Shown here piece by piece: positions 25,888-35,562 of a stretch of DNA of 38,183 nucleotides. The translations under genes and the position numbers were made by a program. The stretch's first letter is position 1, and each line of letters begins with the position of its first letter. Source of the stretch: a virus (taxonomy: Duplodnaviria; Heunggongvirae; Uroviricota; Caudoviricetes); IMG/VR virus record IMGVR_UViG_2713896906_000008; one strand, written 5' to 3'. The notes under the pieces were generated by a model, which saw only the letters and a list, made by a program, of their open reading frames with translations, had not been told where the DNA came from and searched no databases.

Positions 25888-27614
25888 GCACAAAATTTTA
25901 TACCCTGCTGACGGATATTGGCGCGACGAAACTTGCCAGCGCCGCCGCGCTCGGTGTGCCTTTAAAAATTGCCCATATGGCGGTCGGCGATGGCGGCGGA
26001 ACATTGCCAACGCCGGACGCAAAGCAGACAGCATTGGTAAATGAGAAACGCCGGGCTGCGCTGAATATGCTCTATATCGACCCGCAGAACAGCAGTCAGA
26101 TTATTGCTGAACAGGTGATCCCTGAAAACGAGGGCGGTTGGTGGATACGTGAAGTGGGCTTGTTTGATGACTCCGGGGCATTGATTGCCGTAGGCAACTG
26201 CCCGGAAAGCTATAAGCCGCAATTGGCTGAAGGCAGCGGGCGCACCCAGACCGTGCGCATGGTGCTGATTACCAGCAGCACGGACAATATCACCCTGAAA
26301 ATCGACCCTGCCGTCGTGCTGGCAACCCGTCATTATGTAGATCAACAAATAGAAATTCATGAGCAATCGCGCCGCCATCCTTCTGCGTCTTTGACAGAAA
26401 AGGGATTTGTACGTCTGTATAGCGGTGTGGAAAGCAATGATGAAACAGTCGCTGCAACGCCAAAAGCAGTGAAAATAGCGATGGATAATGCCAGCGCCAG
26501 ACTGGCAAAAGACCGCAATGGTTCTGATATTCCCAATCCGGCACTGTTTGTTCAGAATCTGGGATTGAAAACGACTGTTGATAAAGCTGCATCAGCGATT
26601 CAGCCAGGAGATTATGGAATTGGCCTGGCTTATCTGAAAACCATGGGAACCAAATCGCAATTTTTTGCTTATGGTACAGCTGTCGGCTATCCAGAAGTGC
26701 CAACACATGGTGCTGGTTTCCAGGCCTGTTACAACGACAATCGACGTGCACAAATTTATGTCGCTAATGATGGCAAGATGTACTGTCGATTCAGCATGTT
26801 ATCGAAAATTGCCGATGATGAAACACCGTGGAATCAGGTGTTCACCAGTGCACATTATCCAGAAGCATCAGTGAGTGTTAAAGGAATGGTGCAACTGGGG
26901 AACGATGTAAACAGCGTGTCAGAAAATGTTGCGGCGACATTGAAAGCGGTAAAAATTGCGATGGACAACGCCAGCGCGAGACTGGCAAAGGACCGCAATG
27001 GTGCTGATATTCCTGACCCGACTTTGTTTATTCAGAATCTGGGACTTAAACCGACGGTTGATAAGGCTGAAAGTGCTCTGCAACAGGGAGCATACGGAAT
27101 CGGTAGCAATAATAACTACGAAATGGGTGAGGTTTCACAGTTTCTTGCATATTCAGGTAATGCAGATGAAGTGCCATCGAATGGTGCAGGTTTTCAGGCT
27201 GCGTATAACAAGAACAGACGCGCGCAGATTTTCATCACCGGAGCAGGGGAAATGTATCACCGTTTCAGCGGCTCTGATACGGTTAAAGACAATACAACAC
27301 TATGGCGTCGGGGTGTTTGTGAAGATGAATTTTCATTTGGCAGCAATTATCACCGAATAACTGGCGGTGTGCTGAAGCAGTTTTTTAACAGTTATTTTTC
27401 CGGGGCAACTGGTGTGGTGAATAAAGAGTATCAGGTGAATTTTCCGACACCATTTGCCCGTCAGTGCTGGTACGTGATCCCCGTTTTCCGTTCGTCACAC
27501 GGTGGGAGTGTTGAGGGTGTCGCCATTACAGCTATTACTGCAACTGGCTTTACTCTGAGCATCACCGGAGATAACGGTGGATGGAATATTGGGTTTATTG
27601 CGGAGGGGGTCTGA
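25884..27614 (+). CDS. H: tail fiber protein H (with internal ~160-aa tandem duplication)
   Basis: Conserved N-terminus MSTKFYTLLTDIGATKLASAAALG...; ATGA-coupled to I. Confidence 0.88.
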   Translation: MSTKFYTLLTDIGATKLASAAALGVPLKIAHMAVGDGGGTLPTPDAKQTALVNEKRRAALNMLYIDPQNSSQIIAEQVIPENEGGWWIREVGLFDDSGALIAVGNCPESYKPQLAEGSGRTQTVRMVLITSSTDNITLKIDPAVVLATRHYVDQQIEIHEQSRRHPSASLTEKGFVRLYSGVESNDETVAATPKAVKIAMDNASARLAKDRNGSDIPNPALFVQNLGLKTTVDKAASAIQPGDYGIGLAYLKTMGTKSQFFAYGTAVGYPEVPTHGAGFQACYNDNRRAQIYVANDGKMYCRFSMLSKIADDETPWNQVFTSAHYPEASVSVKGMVQLGNDVNSVSENVAATLKAVKIAMDNASARLAKDRNGADIPDPTLFIQNLGLKPTVDKAESALQQGAYGIGSNNNYEMGEVSQFLAYSGNADEVPSNGAGFQAAYNKNRRAQIFITGAGEMYHRFSGSDTVKDNTTLWRRGVCEDEFSFGSNYHRITGGVLKQFFNSYFSGATGVVNKEYQVNFPTPFARQCWYVIPVFRSSHGGSVEGVAITAITATGFTLSITGDNGGWNIGFIAEGV

Positions 27615-28048
27615 TGAGTTATTTTTACAGTCCATCAAGAAATGCATTTTATAACAGTGAACTGAAATCTGATTATTACGATGCTCTCGATGCGTGGCCG
27701 GATGACTGTATTGAGGTAAGTGATGCAGTCTATCAGGAGTTTTATCTTGGTTATCGGGAAGGGTACAAAATGGTTGCAGGCACTGATAACCAGCCATCAT
27801 GGGAAGAACGTCCACCATTGACCCATGAGGAACAGATGGAACAGGCAGAAATGATGAAACAGATGCGCATTAATGAGGCTAACAACCTGATTAATGAAAA
27901 ACAATGGCCATCAAAATTACAGCTTGGCAGGCTGAACGAAATGGAGACAACCAGATTTAATGCGATGCTGGATTATCTTGAGTTACTTGAAAATATTAAT
28001 GTAAGTGATGCCCCGGATATAGTCTGGCCTTTATCACCAGAAGTCTGA
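27614..28048 (+). CDS. G: tail fiber assembly protein G
   Basis: ATG overlapping H stop (TGATG); position after H. Confidence 0.75.
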   Translation: MSYFYSPSRNAFYNSELKSDYYDALDAWPDDCIEVSDAVYQEFYLGYREGYKMVAGTDNQPSWEERPPLTHEEQMEQAEMMKQMRINEANNLINEKQWPSKLQLGRLNEMETTRFNAMLDYLELLENINVSDAPDIVWPLSPEV

Positions 28049-28054
28049 ATACAT

Positions 28055-28070
28055 CCCCGCGTCTGCGGGG
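28055..28070 (+). terminator. GC hairpin (ccccgc-gtct-gcgggg) after G
   Basis: 6-bp perfect stem, weak U-tract. Confidence 0.4.
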
Positions 28071-28087
28071 ATTGCTGTATCCGCCGT

Positions 28088-28105
28088 TGTGCCATTTTTC
28101 ATACA
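28088..28105. promoter_or_regulatory. Ogr/B-type late-activator dyad TGT-N12-ACA (late promoter of FI operon)
   Basis: TGTgccatttttcatACA about 85 bp upstream of FI start. Confidence 0.65.
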
Positions 28106-28180
28106 AACCACATAACGTGCATCCTGCTCGTTTCAACCAGAACATAGGCAGACCCCCTCTACTACCGGAGAGACTGCCTT

Positions 28181-29353
28181 ATGGCTCAGGATTACCACCA
28201 CGGGGTGCGCGTTGTTGAAGTCAACGAAGGCACCCGATCCATTACCACGGTGAGCACCGCCATCGTGGGTATGGTCTGCACGGGCGATGATGCCGATGCA
28301 AAAATGTTTCCTCTTAATAAACCCGTGCTGATCACTGATGTGCTGACTGCCAGCGGTAAAGCGGGTGAATCCGGTACGCTGGCCCGTTCGCTGGATGCCA
28401 TTGCTGACCAGGCAAAACCCGTGACCGTTGTTGTGCGTGTGCCGCAGGGTGAAACGGAAGAAGAAACCACGACCAATATCATCGGCGCAGTGACTGCTGA
28501 AGGTAAAAAAACAGGCATGAAAGCTCTGTTATCTGCCCAGTCACAGCTCGGCGTTAAACCGCGCATTCTCGGCGTGCCAGGCCACGATAACAAAGCCGTT
28601 GCGACTGAGTTGCTGAGCGTGGCGCAAAGCCTGCGTGGGTTTGCTTACCTGTCAGCGTATGGCTGCAAGACAGTGCAGGAGGCGATCACTTACCGCGAAA
28701 ACTTCAGCCAGCGCGAAGGGATGCTGATCTGGCCTGACTTTACTGGCTGGGACACGGTGCTGAATGCCGAAGCAACTGCATATGCCACCGCCCGTGCGCT
28801 CGGTCTGCGCGCCAAAATTGATGAGCAGACCGGGTGGCACAAAAGCCTGTCCAACGTGGGCGTGAACGGTGTCACCGGAATTTCTGCTGATGTGTTCTGG
28901 GATCTGCAGGACCCGGCAACCGATGCAGGTCTGCTGAACCAGAACGACGTCACCACGCTTGTGCGTAAAGACGGTTTCCGCTTCTGGGGTTCCCGCTGCC
29001 TGAGTGATGACCCGCTCTTTGCCTTCGAAAACTACACCCGCACGGCGCAGGTGCTGATGGACACGATGGCAGAAGCACACATGTGGGCGGTGGATAAACC
29101 GTTTAACCCGTCGCTGGCCCGCGACATTATCGAAGGTATCCGCGCCAAAATGCGCAACCTGGTCAGTCAGGGCTATCTCATTGGTGGTGATTGCTGGCTG
29201 GATGAGTCGGTGAACGACAAAGACACGCTGAAAGCCGGAAAACTCACCATCGACTACGACTACACGCCAGTGCCGCCACTTGAAAACCTGATGTTGCGTC
29301 AGCGCATCACCGATCAGTACCTGGTGAATTTCGCCAGCCAGGTCAGCGCGTAA
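28181..29353 (+). CDS. FI: contractile tail sheath protein FI
   Basis: 390 aa, position and size. Confidence 0.92.
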   Translation: MAQDYHHGVRVVEVNEGTRSITTVSTAIVGMVCTGDDADAKMFPLNKPVLITDVLTASGKAGESGTLARSLDAIADQAKPVTVVVRVPQGETEEETTTNIIGAVTAEGKKTGMKALLSAQSQLGVKPRILGVPGHDNKAVATELLSVAQSLRGFAYLSAYGCKTVQEAITYRENFSQREGMLIWPDFTGWDTVLNAEATAYATARALGLRAKIDEQTGWHKSLSNVGVNGVTGISADVFWDLQDPATDAGLLNQNDVTTLVRKDGFRFWGSRCLSDDPLFAFENYTRTAQVLMDTMAEAHMWAVDKPFNPSLARDIIEGIRAKMRNLVSQGYLIGGDCWLDESVNDKDTLKAGKLTIDYDYTPVPPLENLMLRQRITDQYLVNFASQVSA

Positions 29354-29362
29354 GGGGACAAC

Positions 29363-29878
29363 ATGGCTTTACCACGCAAATTAAAACACCTGAACCTGTT
29401 TAACGACGGGAATAACTGGCAGGGGATCGTTGAGTCGCTGACGCTGCCGAAATTCACCCGCAAATATGAGAAGTATCGCGGCGGCGGAATGCCGGGTGCA
29501 GTGGATGTGGATCTGGGGCTGGATGACGGCGCACTGGATACAGAGTTTTCTATTGGTGGTACTGAACTGCTGCTGTTTAAGCAGATGGGCAAAGCCACGG
29601 TGGATGGCATCCAGTTGCGCTTTACCGGCTCTATTCAGCGTGACGATACCGGGGAAGTGCAGGCCGTAGAGCTTGTCGTGCGTGGACGTCACAAAGAAGT
29701 GGATTCCGGCGAGTGGAAGACGGGCGAAAGCAACACTACCAAAGTGACCAGCACCAACAGCTACGCGAAGCTGACTATTAATGGTGAGGTGCTCTATGAA
29801 GTGGATCTTATCAACATGGTGGAAATTGTGGACGGTGTGGACCTGATGGAAGCGCACCGCAACGCCCTCGGCCTCTGA
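29363..29878 (+). CDS. FII: tail tube protein FII
   Basis: 171 aa, follows FI. Confidence 0.9.
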   Translation: MALPRKLKHLNLFNDGNNWQGIVESLTLPKFTRKYEKYRGGGMPGAVDVDLGLDDGALDTEFSIGGTELLLFKQMGKATVDGIQLRFTGSIQRDDTGEVQAVELVVRGRHKEVDSGEWKTGESNTTKVTSTNSYAKLTINGEVLYEVDLINMVEIVDGVDLMEAHRNALGL

Positions 29879-29932
29879 TGTATCTGAACGGCGCGGAATG
29901 CCGCGCCAGAACCTAATTTACAGGACAACAAA

Positions 29933-30235
29933 ATGAGCGATAAACAGACTGAAAAGACCATTCAACTGGATACCCCCATCATGCGCGGTAAAACAGAAAT
30001 TACCGAAATTGTGTTGCGTAAACCGCAGTCTGGTGCGCTGCGCGGCACACGCCTGCAGGCCATTATGGATATGGATGTGAACGCGATGATGACCGTGATC
30101 CCCCGCATCTCCAGTCCGGCACTGACTGCACAGGAAATCGCAGAGATGGACCCGGCAGATCTCACAGCCATGTCGGTTGAGGTTGTCACTTTTTTGTTGA
30201 AGAAGTCGGTGCTTGCCGGTTTACCGACAGCCTGA
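29933..30235 (+). CDS. E: tail assembly chaperone E
   Basis: 100 aa before tape measure gene. Confidence 0.8.
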   Translation: MSDKQTEKTIQLDTPIMRGKTEITEIVLRKPQSGALRGTRLQAIMDMDVNAMMTVIPRISSPALTAQEIAEMDPADLTAMSVEVVTFLLKKSVLAGLPTA

Positions 30236-30369
30236 CGGTTGACGATTTGGTGGCAGATATCGCCACCATTTTTCACTGGCCGCCATCCGTTACTGACGTT
30301 ATGCCGCTGACCGAAGTGCTGGAATGGCGGTATAAAGCGATTCAGAGATGCGGGGCTAACGATGAGTGA
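29933..30369 (+). CDS. E': E+E' product via programmed -1 frameshift at T_TTT_TTG (30190-30196)
   Basis: Slippery heptamer in E frame; -1 frame stays open to a TGA at 30367-30369 overlapping the T start. Confidence 0.65.
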
Positions 30370-33300
30370 TAACAACCTGCGCCTGCAGGTCATTCTTAAT
30401 GCGGTTGACAAACTCACCCGCCCATTCCGTGCTGCACAGGCCAGTTCGAAAGAGCTGGCTGGCGCAATTCAGAATACCCGAAACAGCCTCAAAGAACTGA
30501 ATAAGCAGGCTGGCAGAATTGATGAATTTCGCAAGACGCGCTCGCAACTAGCCATAACAGCCAACAACCTGAACGCAGCCCGCGAAGAGGCGGCAAAACT
30601 CGCCACACAATTTGCTGCCACTAACAGGCCAACCGCCGCGCAGGCAAAGTTATTCAGTCAGGCCAAAACACGAGTACAGAAACTTCAGCAGACCTATAAC
30701 GGCTTGTTGGGGGCGGTCCAGAGACAACGTCAGGCACTTAAAGAATCAGGGATTGATACCAGACAACTCAGTAGTGCCCAGCGAGAACTTAAGAAAAATG
30801 CTGAAGAAACAAGGCAGGCACTGGAGGGCCAGCAAAAAGCACTTAAACGTCTGGGTAAACAACAGGCACGGATGAACGCTGCCAGAGAACAATACTCAAG
30901 ACGGCTTGAAGTGCGCGATCGCATCGCAGGAGCCGGAGCCACTACCACGGCTGCAGGGCTGGCAATGGGTGCGCCAGTGATGGCGGCAGTAAAAAGCTAT
31001 ACCAGCATGGAAGATGCCATGAAAGGTGTGGCAAAGCAGGTCAATGGTCTGCGTGACGATAATGGCAACCGCACTGCACGTTTTTATGAAATGCAGGATG
31101 CCATCAAGGCTGCCAGCGAACAGTTGCCGATGGAAAACGGTGCGGTGGACTTCGCTGCACTGGTTGAAGGAGGTGCGCGCATGAACGTCGCAAACCCTGA
31201 CGACAGCTGGGAAGACCAGAAACGTGACCTGCTGGCCTTCGCCAGTACGGCAGCAAAGGCGGCAACAGCCTTTGAGCTGCCAGCGGATGAACTGTCAGAA
31301 AGTCTGGGGAAAATCGCCCAGCTCTACAAAATACCTACCCGCAATATTGAACAGCTCGGCGATGCGCTGAACTATCTGGATGATAACGCCATGTCGAAAG
31401 GGGCGGACATCATTGATGTGATGCAACGTCTGGGCGGTGTAGCTGACCGTCTGGATTATCGTAAAGCGGCGGCACTGGGTTCCACCTTTCTGACACTGGG
31501 CGCTGCGCCGGAGGTTGCAGCCAGTGCAGCAAACGCGATGGTGCGTGAATTGTCCATTGCCACCATGCAAAGCAAGAGTTTCTTTGAAGGGATGAATCTG
31601 CTGAAACTCAATCCTGAAGTGATTGAAAAGCAGATGACGAAGGATGCGATGGGAACTATCCAGCGTGTGCTGGAGAAGGTGAACGCACTGCCGCAGGACA
31701 AGCGTCTGTCTGCCATGACCATGTTGTTTGGTAAAGAGTTTGGTGATGACGCGGCGAAACTGGCAAACAACCTTCCGGAACTGCAGCGCCAGCTAAAACT
31801 GACAGCGGGCAATGATGCGCTCGGTTCCATGCAGAAAGAATCTGACATCAACAAAGACTCACTTTCTGCTCAGTGGTTGCTGGTCAAAACCGGAGCGCAG
31901 AACACCTTCAGCAGCCTGGGCGAAACGCTGCGCCAGCCGCTGATGGATATTCTGTACACGGTGAAAAGCATCACGGGAGCGTTGCGCCGCTGGGTGGAAG
32001 CTAACCCGGAACTGACAGGCACACTGATGAAAGTAGCGGCTGTTGTGGCTGCGGTTACCGTAGGCCTCGGCACCTTAGCGGTGGCGCTGGCTGCAGTGCT
32101 GGGGCCGCTGGCAGTCATCCGTCTGGGATTCTCTGTGCTGGGTATCAAAACGTTACCTTCCGTTACGGCAGCAGTAACACGAACCAGCAGCGCGTTGTCC
32201 TGGTTAGCTGGCGCTCCACTGGCACTGCTGCGACGCGGGCTTGCTTCATCGGGCAACGCAGCGGGTTTACTTACTGCGCCGTTGTCGTCTTTGCGCCGCA
32301 CGGCATCACTGACGGGGAATGTCCTGAAAACTGTAGCAGGTGTGCCGGTTGCACTGTTGCGGTCTGGATTATCCGGTTTACGTGCTGTTGCTGTGATGTT
32401 TATGAATCCACTGGCAGCACTACGCGGTGGACTGGCTGCCGCAGGCGCGGTGCTGCGAGTACTGGCATCCGGTCCGCTGGCGATGCTGCGCGTTGCCCTG
32501 TATGCCATATCTGGTCTGTTAGGTGCTCTGCTCAGTCCGATAGGTCTTGTGGTTACTGCACTGGCGGGCGTGGCGCTGGTTGTCTGGAAATACTGGCAAC
32601 CCATCACCGCATTTCTCGGTGGCGTGGTGGAAGGATTCAAAGCGGCGGCAGGTCCCATCAGTGCTGCATTCGAACCACTTAAGCCTGTGTTTCAGTGGAT
32701 TGGCGACAAAGTACAGGCGCTGTGGGGCTGGTTTACTGATCTGCTGACGCCCGTTAAGTCGACCTCTGCCGAACTGCAGAGCGCAGCGGCAATGGGGCGA
32801 CGATTCGGGGAGGCTCTGGCGGAGGGGCTGAATATGGTCATGTATCCGCTGGACTCCCTGAAATCCGGTGTTTCCTGGTTGCTGGATAAACTCGGCATTG
32901 TCAGTAAAGAAGCTGCAAAGGCGAAACTGCCGGAAAGCGTGACGCGTCAGCAACCTGCGACGGTGAATGCAGACGGTAAAGTGATGATGCCATCGGGTGG
33001 TTTTCCATCATGGGGATATGGCTTTGCGGGGATGTATGACAGCGGCGGCTATATCCCGCGCGGGCAGTTTGGCATCGTCGGTGAAAACGGGCCGGAAATT
33101 GTTAACGGCCCGGCAAATGTGACCAGCCGGAGAAATACAGCTGCACTGGCTGCCGTTGTTGCCGGAATGATGGGCGTTGCTGCCGCGCCTGCAGAGCTTC
33201 CACCGTTGCATCCTTTGGCACTTCCCGCGAAAGGCGGCGAAGCGATGGTGAGTCGTGCAGCCACTGTGCCGCCCGTTCACCGGATTGAGGCACCGACGCA

Positions 33301-33439
33301 GATCATCATTCAGATGCAGCCAGGACAAAGTGCGCAGGATATTGCGCGGGAGGTGGCACGCCAGCTTGATGAACGTGAACGCAGGCTGAAGGCAAAAGCC
33401 AGGAGTAACTACAGCGATCAGGGGGGATACGACGCATGA
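30362..33439 (+). CDS. T: tail tape measure protein T
   Basis: 1025 aa, coiled-coil N-terminus, Gly/Ala-rich TM-like repeats. Confidence 0.9.
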   Translation: MSDNNLRLQVILNAVDKLTRPFRAAQASSKELAGAIQNTRNSLKELNKQAGRIDEFRKTRSQLAITANNLNAAREEAAKLATQFAATNRPTAAQAKLFSQAKTRVQKLQQTYNGLLGAVQRQRQALKESGIDTRQLSSAQRELKKNAEETRQALEGQQKALKRLGKQQARMNAAREQYSRRLEVRDRIAGAGATTTAAGLAMGAPVMAAVKSYTSMEDAMKGVAKQVNGLRDDNGNRTARFYEMQDAIKAASEQLPMENGAVDFAALVEGGARMNVANPDDSWEDQKRDLLAFASTAAKAATAFELPADELSESLGKIAQLYKIPTRNIEQLGDALNYLDDNAMSKGADIIDVMQRLGGVADRLDYRKAAALGSTFLTLGAAPEVAASAANAMVRELSIATMQSKSFFEGMNLLKLNPEVIEKQMTKDAMGTIQRVLEKVNALPQDKRLSAMTMLFGKEFGDDAAKLANNLPELQRQLKLTAGNDALGSMQKESDINKDSLSAQWLLVKTGAQNTFSSLGETLRQPLMDILYTVKSITGALRRWVEANPELTGTLMKVAAVVAAVTVGLGTLAVALAAVLGPLAVIRLGFSVLGIKTLPSVTAAVTRTSSALSWLAGAPLALLRRGLASSGNAAGLLTAPLSSLRRTASLTGNVLKTVAGVPVALLRSGLSGLRAVAVMFMNPLAALRGGLAAAGAVLRVLASGPLAMLRVALYAISGLLGALLSPIGLVVTALAGVALVVWKYWQPITAFLGGVVEGFKAAAGPISAAFEPLKPVFQWIGDKVQALWGWFTDLLTPVKSTSAELQSAAAMGRRFGEALAEGLNMVMYPLDSLKSGVSWLLDKLGIVSKEAAKAKLPESVTRQQPATVNADGKVMMPSGGFPSWGYGFAGMYDSGGYIPRGQFGIVGENGPEIVNGPANVTSRRNTAALAAVVAGMMGVAAAPAELPPLHPLALPAKGGEAMVSRAATVPPVHRIEAPTQIIIQMQPGQSAQDIAREVARQLDERERRLKAKARSNYSDQGGYDA

Positions 33440-33921
33440 TGATGGTGCTGGGATTGTACGTGTTTATGCTGCGCACTGTGCCGTATCAGGAACTGCAGTA
33501 TCAACGCAGCTGGCGACATGCGGCAAACAGCCGGGTAAACCGACGTCCGTCCACGCAGTTTCTGGGACCGGAAAACGACATGCTGACGCTTTCCGGTGTT
33601 CTTATGCCGGAGATAACAGGCGGCAGGCTGTCGTTGCTGGCACTGGAGCAGATGGCAGAACAGGGGAAAGCATGGCCCCTGATTGAAGGCAGCGGCACGA
33701 TTTACGGCATGTATGTGATTGAGGGACTGAATCAGACTAAAACGGAGTTTTTCCGCGACGGTATGCCGCGCCGGATTGAGTTCACCCTGTCGCTCAAACG
33801 AGTGGATGAATCCCTGTCCGATATGTTCGGTGATCTCAGTGCGCAACTGAATAATCTGCAGGACACGGCAACGTCTGCCTTAAGCGATATCAGTAAAACG
33901 GTGGGAGGGCTGCTGTCGTGA
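33436..33921 (+). CDS. U: tail protein U
   Basis: 161 aa, ATGA-coupled to T. Confidence 0.88.
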   Translation: MMMVLGLYVFMLRTVPYQELQYQRSWRHAANSRVNRRPSTQFLGPENDMLTLSGVLMPEITGGRLSLLALEQMAEQGKAWPLIEGSGTIYGMYVIEGLNQTKTEFFRDGMPRRIEFTLSLKRVDESLSDMFGDLSAQLNNLQDTATSALSDISKTVGGLLS

Positions 33922-35018
33922 ATTTCAGCTCTGAACTGCTTAACAAAGGCAACAAAACTCCCGCATTCAGCATCAGTATTGAGGGCAGGGATATCACCAC
34001 TGTGCTGGATAACCGCCTGATGAGTTTGACGCTGACGGATAACCGGGGCTTTGAAGCGGACCAGCTTGATCTGGAGCTGGATGACGCTGACGGAAAAATC
34101 GTGCTGCCGCGCCGTGGTGCGGTCATTACGCTGGCGCTGGGCTGGAAGGGGCAGCCGCTTTTCCCTAAAGGGGCATTCACAGTGGACGAGATTGAACACA
34201 CTGGCGCACCGGACCGCCTGACTATCCGGGCGCGAAGTGCTGATTTTCGGGAAACGCTGAATACCCGCCGTGAAAAATCGTGGCATAAGACCACCGTCGG
34301 GGAAGTGGTGAAGGAAATAGCCGCGCGGCACAAGCTGAAGATGGCACTGGGTAAAGACCTGTCGGATAAGCCCGTGGAGCATATAGACCAGACTAATGAG
34401 AGTGACGGCAGTTTTCTGATGCGGCTGGCGCGACAGTACGGTGCCATCGCGTCGGTGAAAAATGGCAATCTGTTATTCATTCGGCAGGGACAGGGTAAAA
34501 GTGCTAGCGGTAAACTACTGCCGGTGATCACTATCACGCGTAAGGACGGCGACAGTCACCGCTTTACCCAGGCAGATCGCGGAGCTTACACGGGCGTAAT
34601 TGCCAGCTGGTTGCATACCCGCGAACCCGCGAAGAAAGAAAGCACCACGGTGAAGCGTAAGCGCAGGACTAAGAAGCAGAAGAAAGAGCCGGAAGCGAAG
34701 CAGGGCGATTACCTGGTGGGTACGGATGAAAACGTGCTGGTACTCAATCGCACCTATGCCAACCGGAGCAACGCCGAACGGGCAGCGAAAATGCAGTGGG
34801 AACGCCTGCAACGCGGCGTTGCGTCATTCTCGCTACAACTGGCGGAAGGGCGGGCAGATCTCTACACGGAAATGCCTGTGAAGGTCAGTGGTTTTAAACA
34901 GCCGATAGATGATGCGGAATGGACCATTACGACTCTGACACATACCGTCAGCCCGGATAACGGTTTTACGACCAGTCTGGAGCTTGAAGTGAGGATTGAT
35001 GATTTCGAAATGGAATGA
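33918..35018 (+). CDS. D: tail protein D (late gene control D)
   Basis: 366 aa, ATGA-coupled to U; last tail gene. Confidence 0.9.
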   Translation: MNFSSELLNKGNKTPAFSISIEGRDITTVLDNRLMSLTLTDNRGFEADQLDLELDDADGKIVLPRRGAVITLALGWKGQPLFPKGAFTVDEIEHTGAPDRLTIRARSADFRETLNTRREKSWHKTTVGEVVKEIAARHKLKMALGKDLSDKPVEHIDQTNESDGSFLMRLARQYGAIASVKNGNLLFIRQGQGKSASGKLLPVITITRKDGDSHRFTQADRGAYTGVIASWLHTREPAKKESTTVKRKRRTKKQKKEPEAKQGDYLVGTDENVLVLNRTYANRSNAERAAKMQWERLQRGVASFSLQLAEGRADLYTEMPVKVSGFKQPIDDAEWTITTLTHTVSPDNGFTTSLELEVRIDDFEME

Positions 35019-35108
35019 TTCTTCGCAATGGAGAACTTTTAAGTTTGCGAAATGGAATAATGCGGTATCATTATTGTGATTTTAGCAAAAATGGGGAGAA
35101 CTCGAAAA

Positions 35109-35327
35109 ATGATGATTTGCCCACTGTGTGGAAGTGCCGCCCATACTCGCAGCAGTTTTCAGGTATCTTCATTGACTAAAGAGCGTTACAACCAGTGCCA
35201 GAATATTAACTGCAGCCATACTTTTGTAACCCATGAAACTTTTGTTCGTTCGATTGCAACGCCAAAAGAGTCAAATCCGGTTCAGCCGCATCCAATGAAA
35301 TCAGGACAGGTGGCGCTCTCTCTTTGA
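35109..35327 (+). CDS. ogr: late gene transcription activator, zinc-finger (P2 Ogr / 186 B family)
   Basis: MMICPLCGSAAHTRSS...ERYNQCQNINCSHTF matches Ogr CPLC...H...C.N.NC zinc-binding pattern; rightmost prophage gene. Confidence 0.85.
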   Translation: MMICPLCGSAAHTRSSFQVSSLTKERYNQCQNINCSHTFVTHETFVRSIATPKESNPVQPHPMKSGQVALSL

Positions 35328-35407
35328 CGCTGCCGCCATTTTGTCGCCATCGTTAAAAAACAGTGCTTCTAACGTCATGATTTTAAACGGCATAAATTTC
35401 AGGCAAC

Positions 35408-35450
35408 AAAAAACCCATCAACCTTGAACCTAAATGGCGGGGTTGATGGG
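35408..35450 (-). terminator. rho-independent terminator downstream of ybjL (10-bp stem cccatcaacc/ggttgatggg + T6 on minus strand)
   Basis: Inverted repeat 35414-35423/35441-35450, A-run 35408-35413 on plus strand. Confidence 0.6.
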
Positions 35451-35562
35451 CTCCACAAAATGGGGACATCAAAGAAAAGCAGTGGCACTAATTAAGACTG
35501 ATGCCCCGAAGAAAAGTTCTGCGCTTGTGCAAAAAAATTTCATTCTCAGGGCAACTTCAGGT

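Noticed and set aside
31870-32658. 262-aa minus-strand ORF inside tape measure gene T
   Set aside because: Antisense shadow ORF in a GC-rich repetitive coding region; Pro/Ala/Ser/Arg-rich low-complexity translation.
35328-35562. tRNA gene as integration target at the right prophage end
   Set aside because: No tRNA-like sequence (no T-arm GTTCGAATC-like motif or cloverleaf) in the junction.
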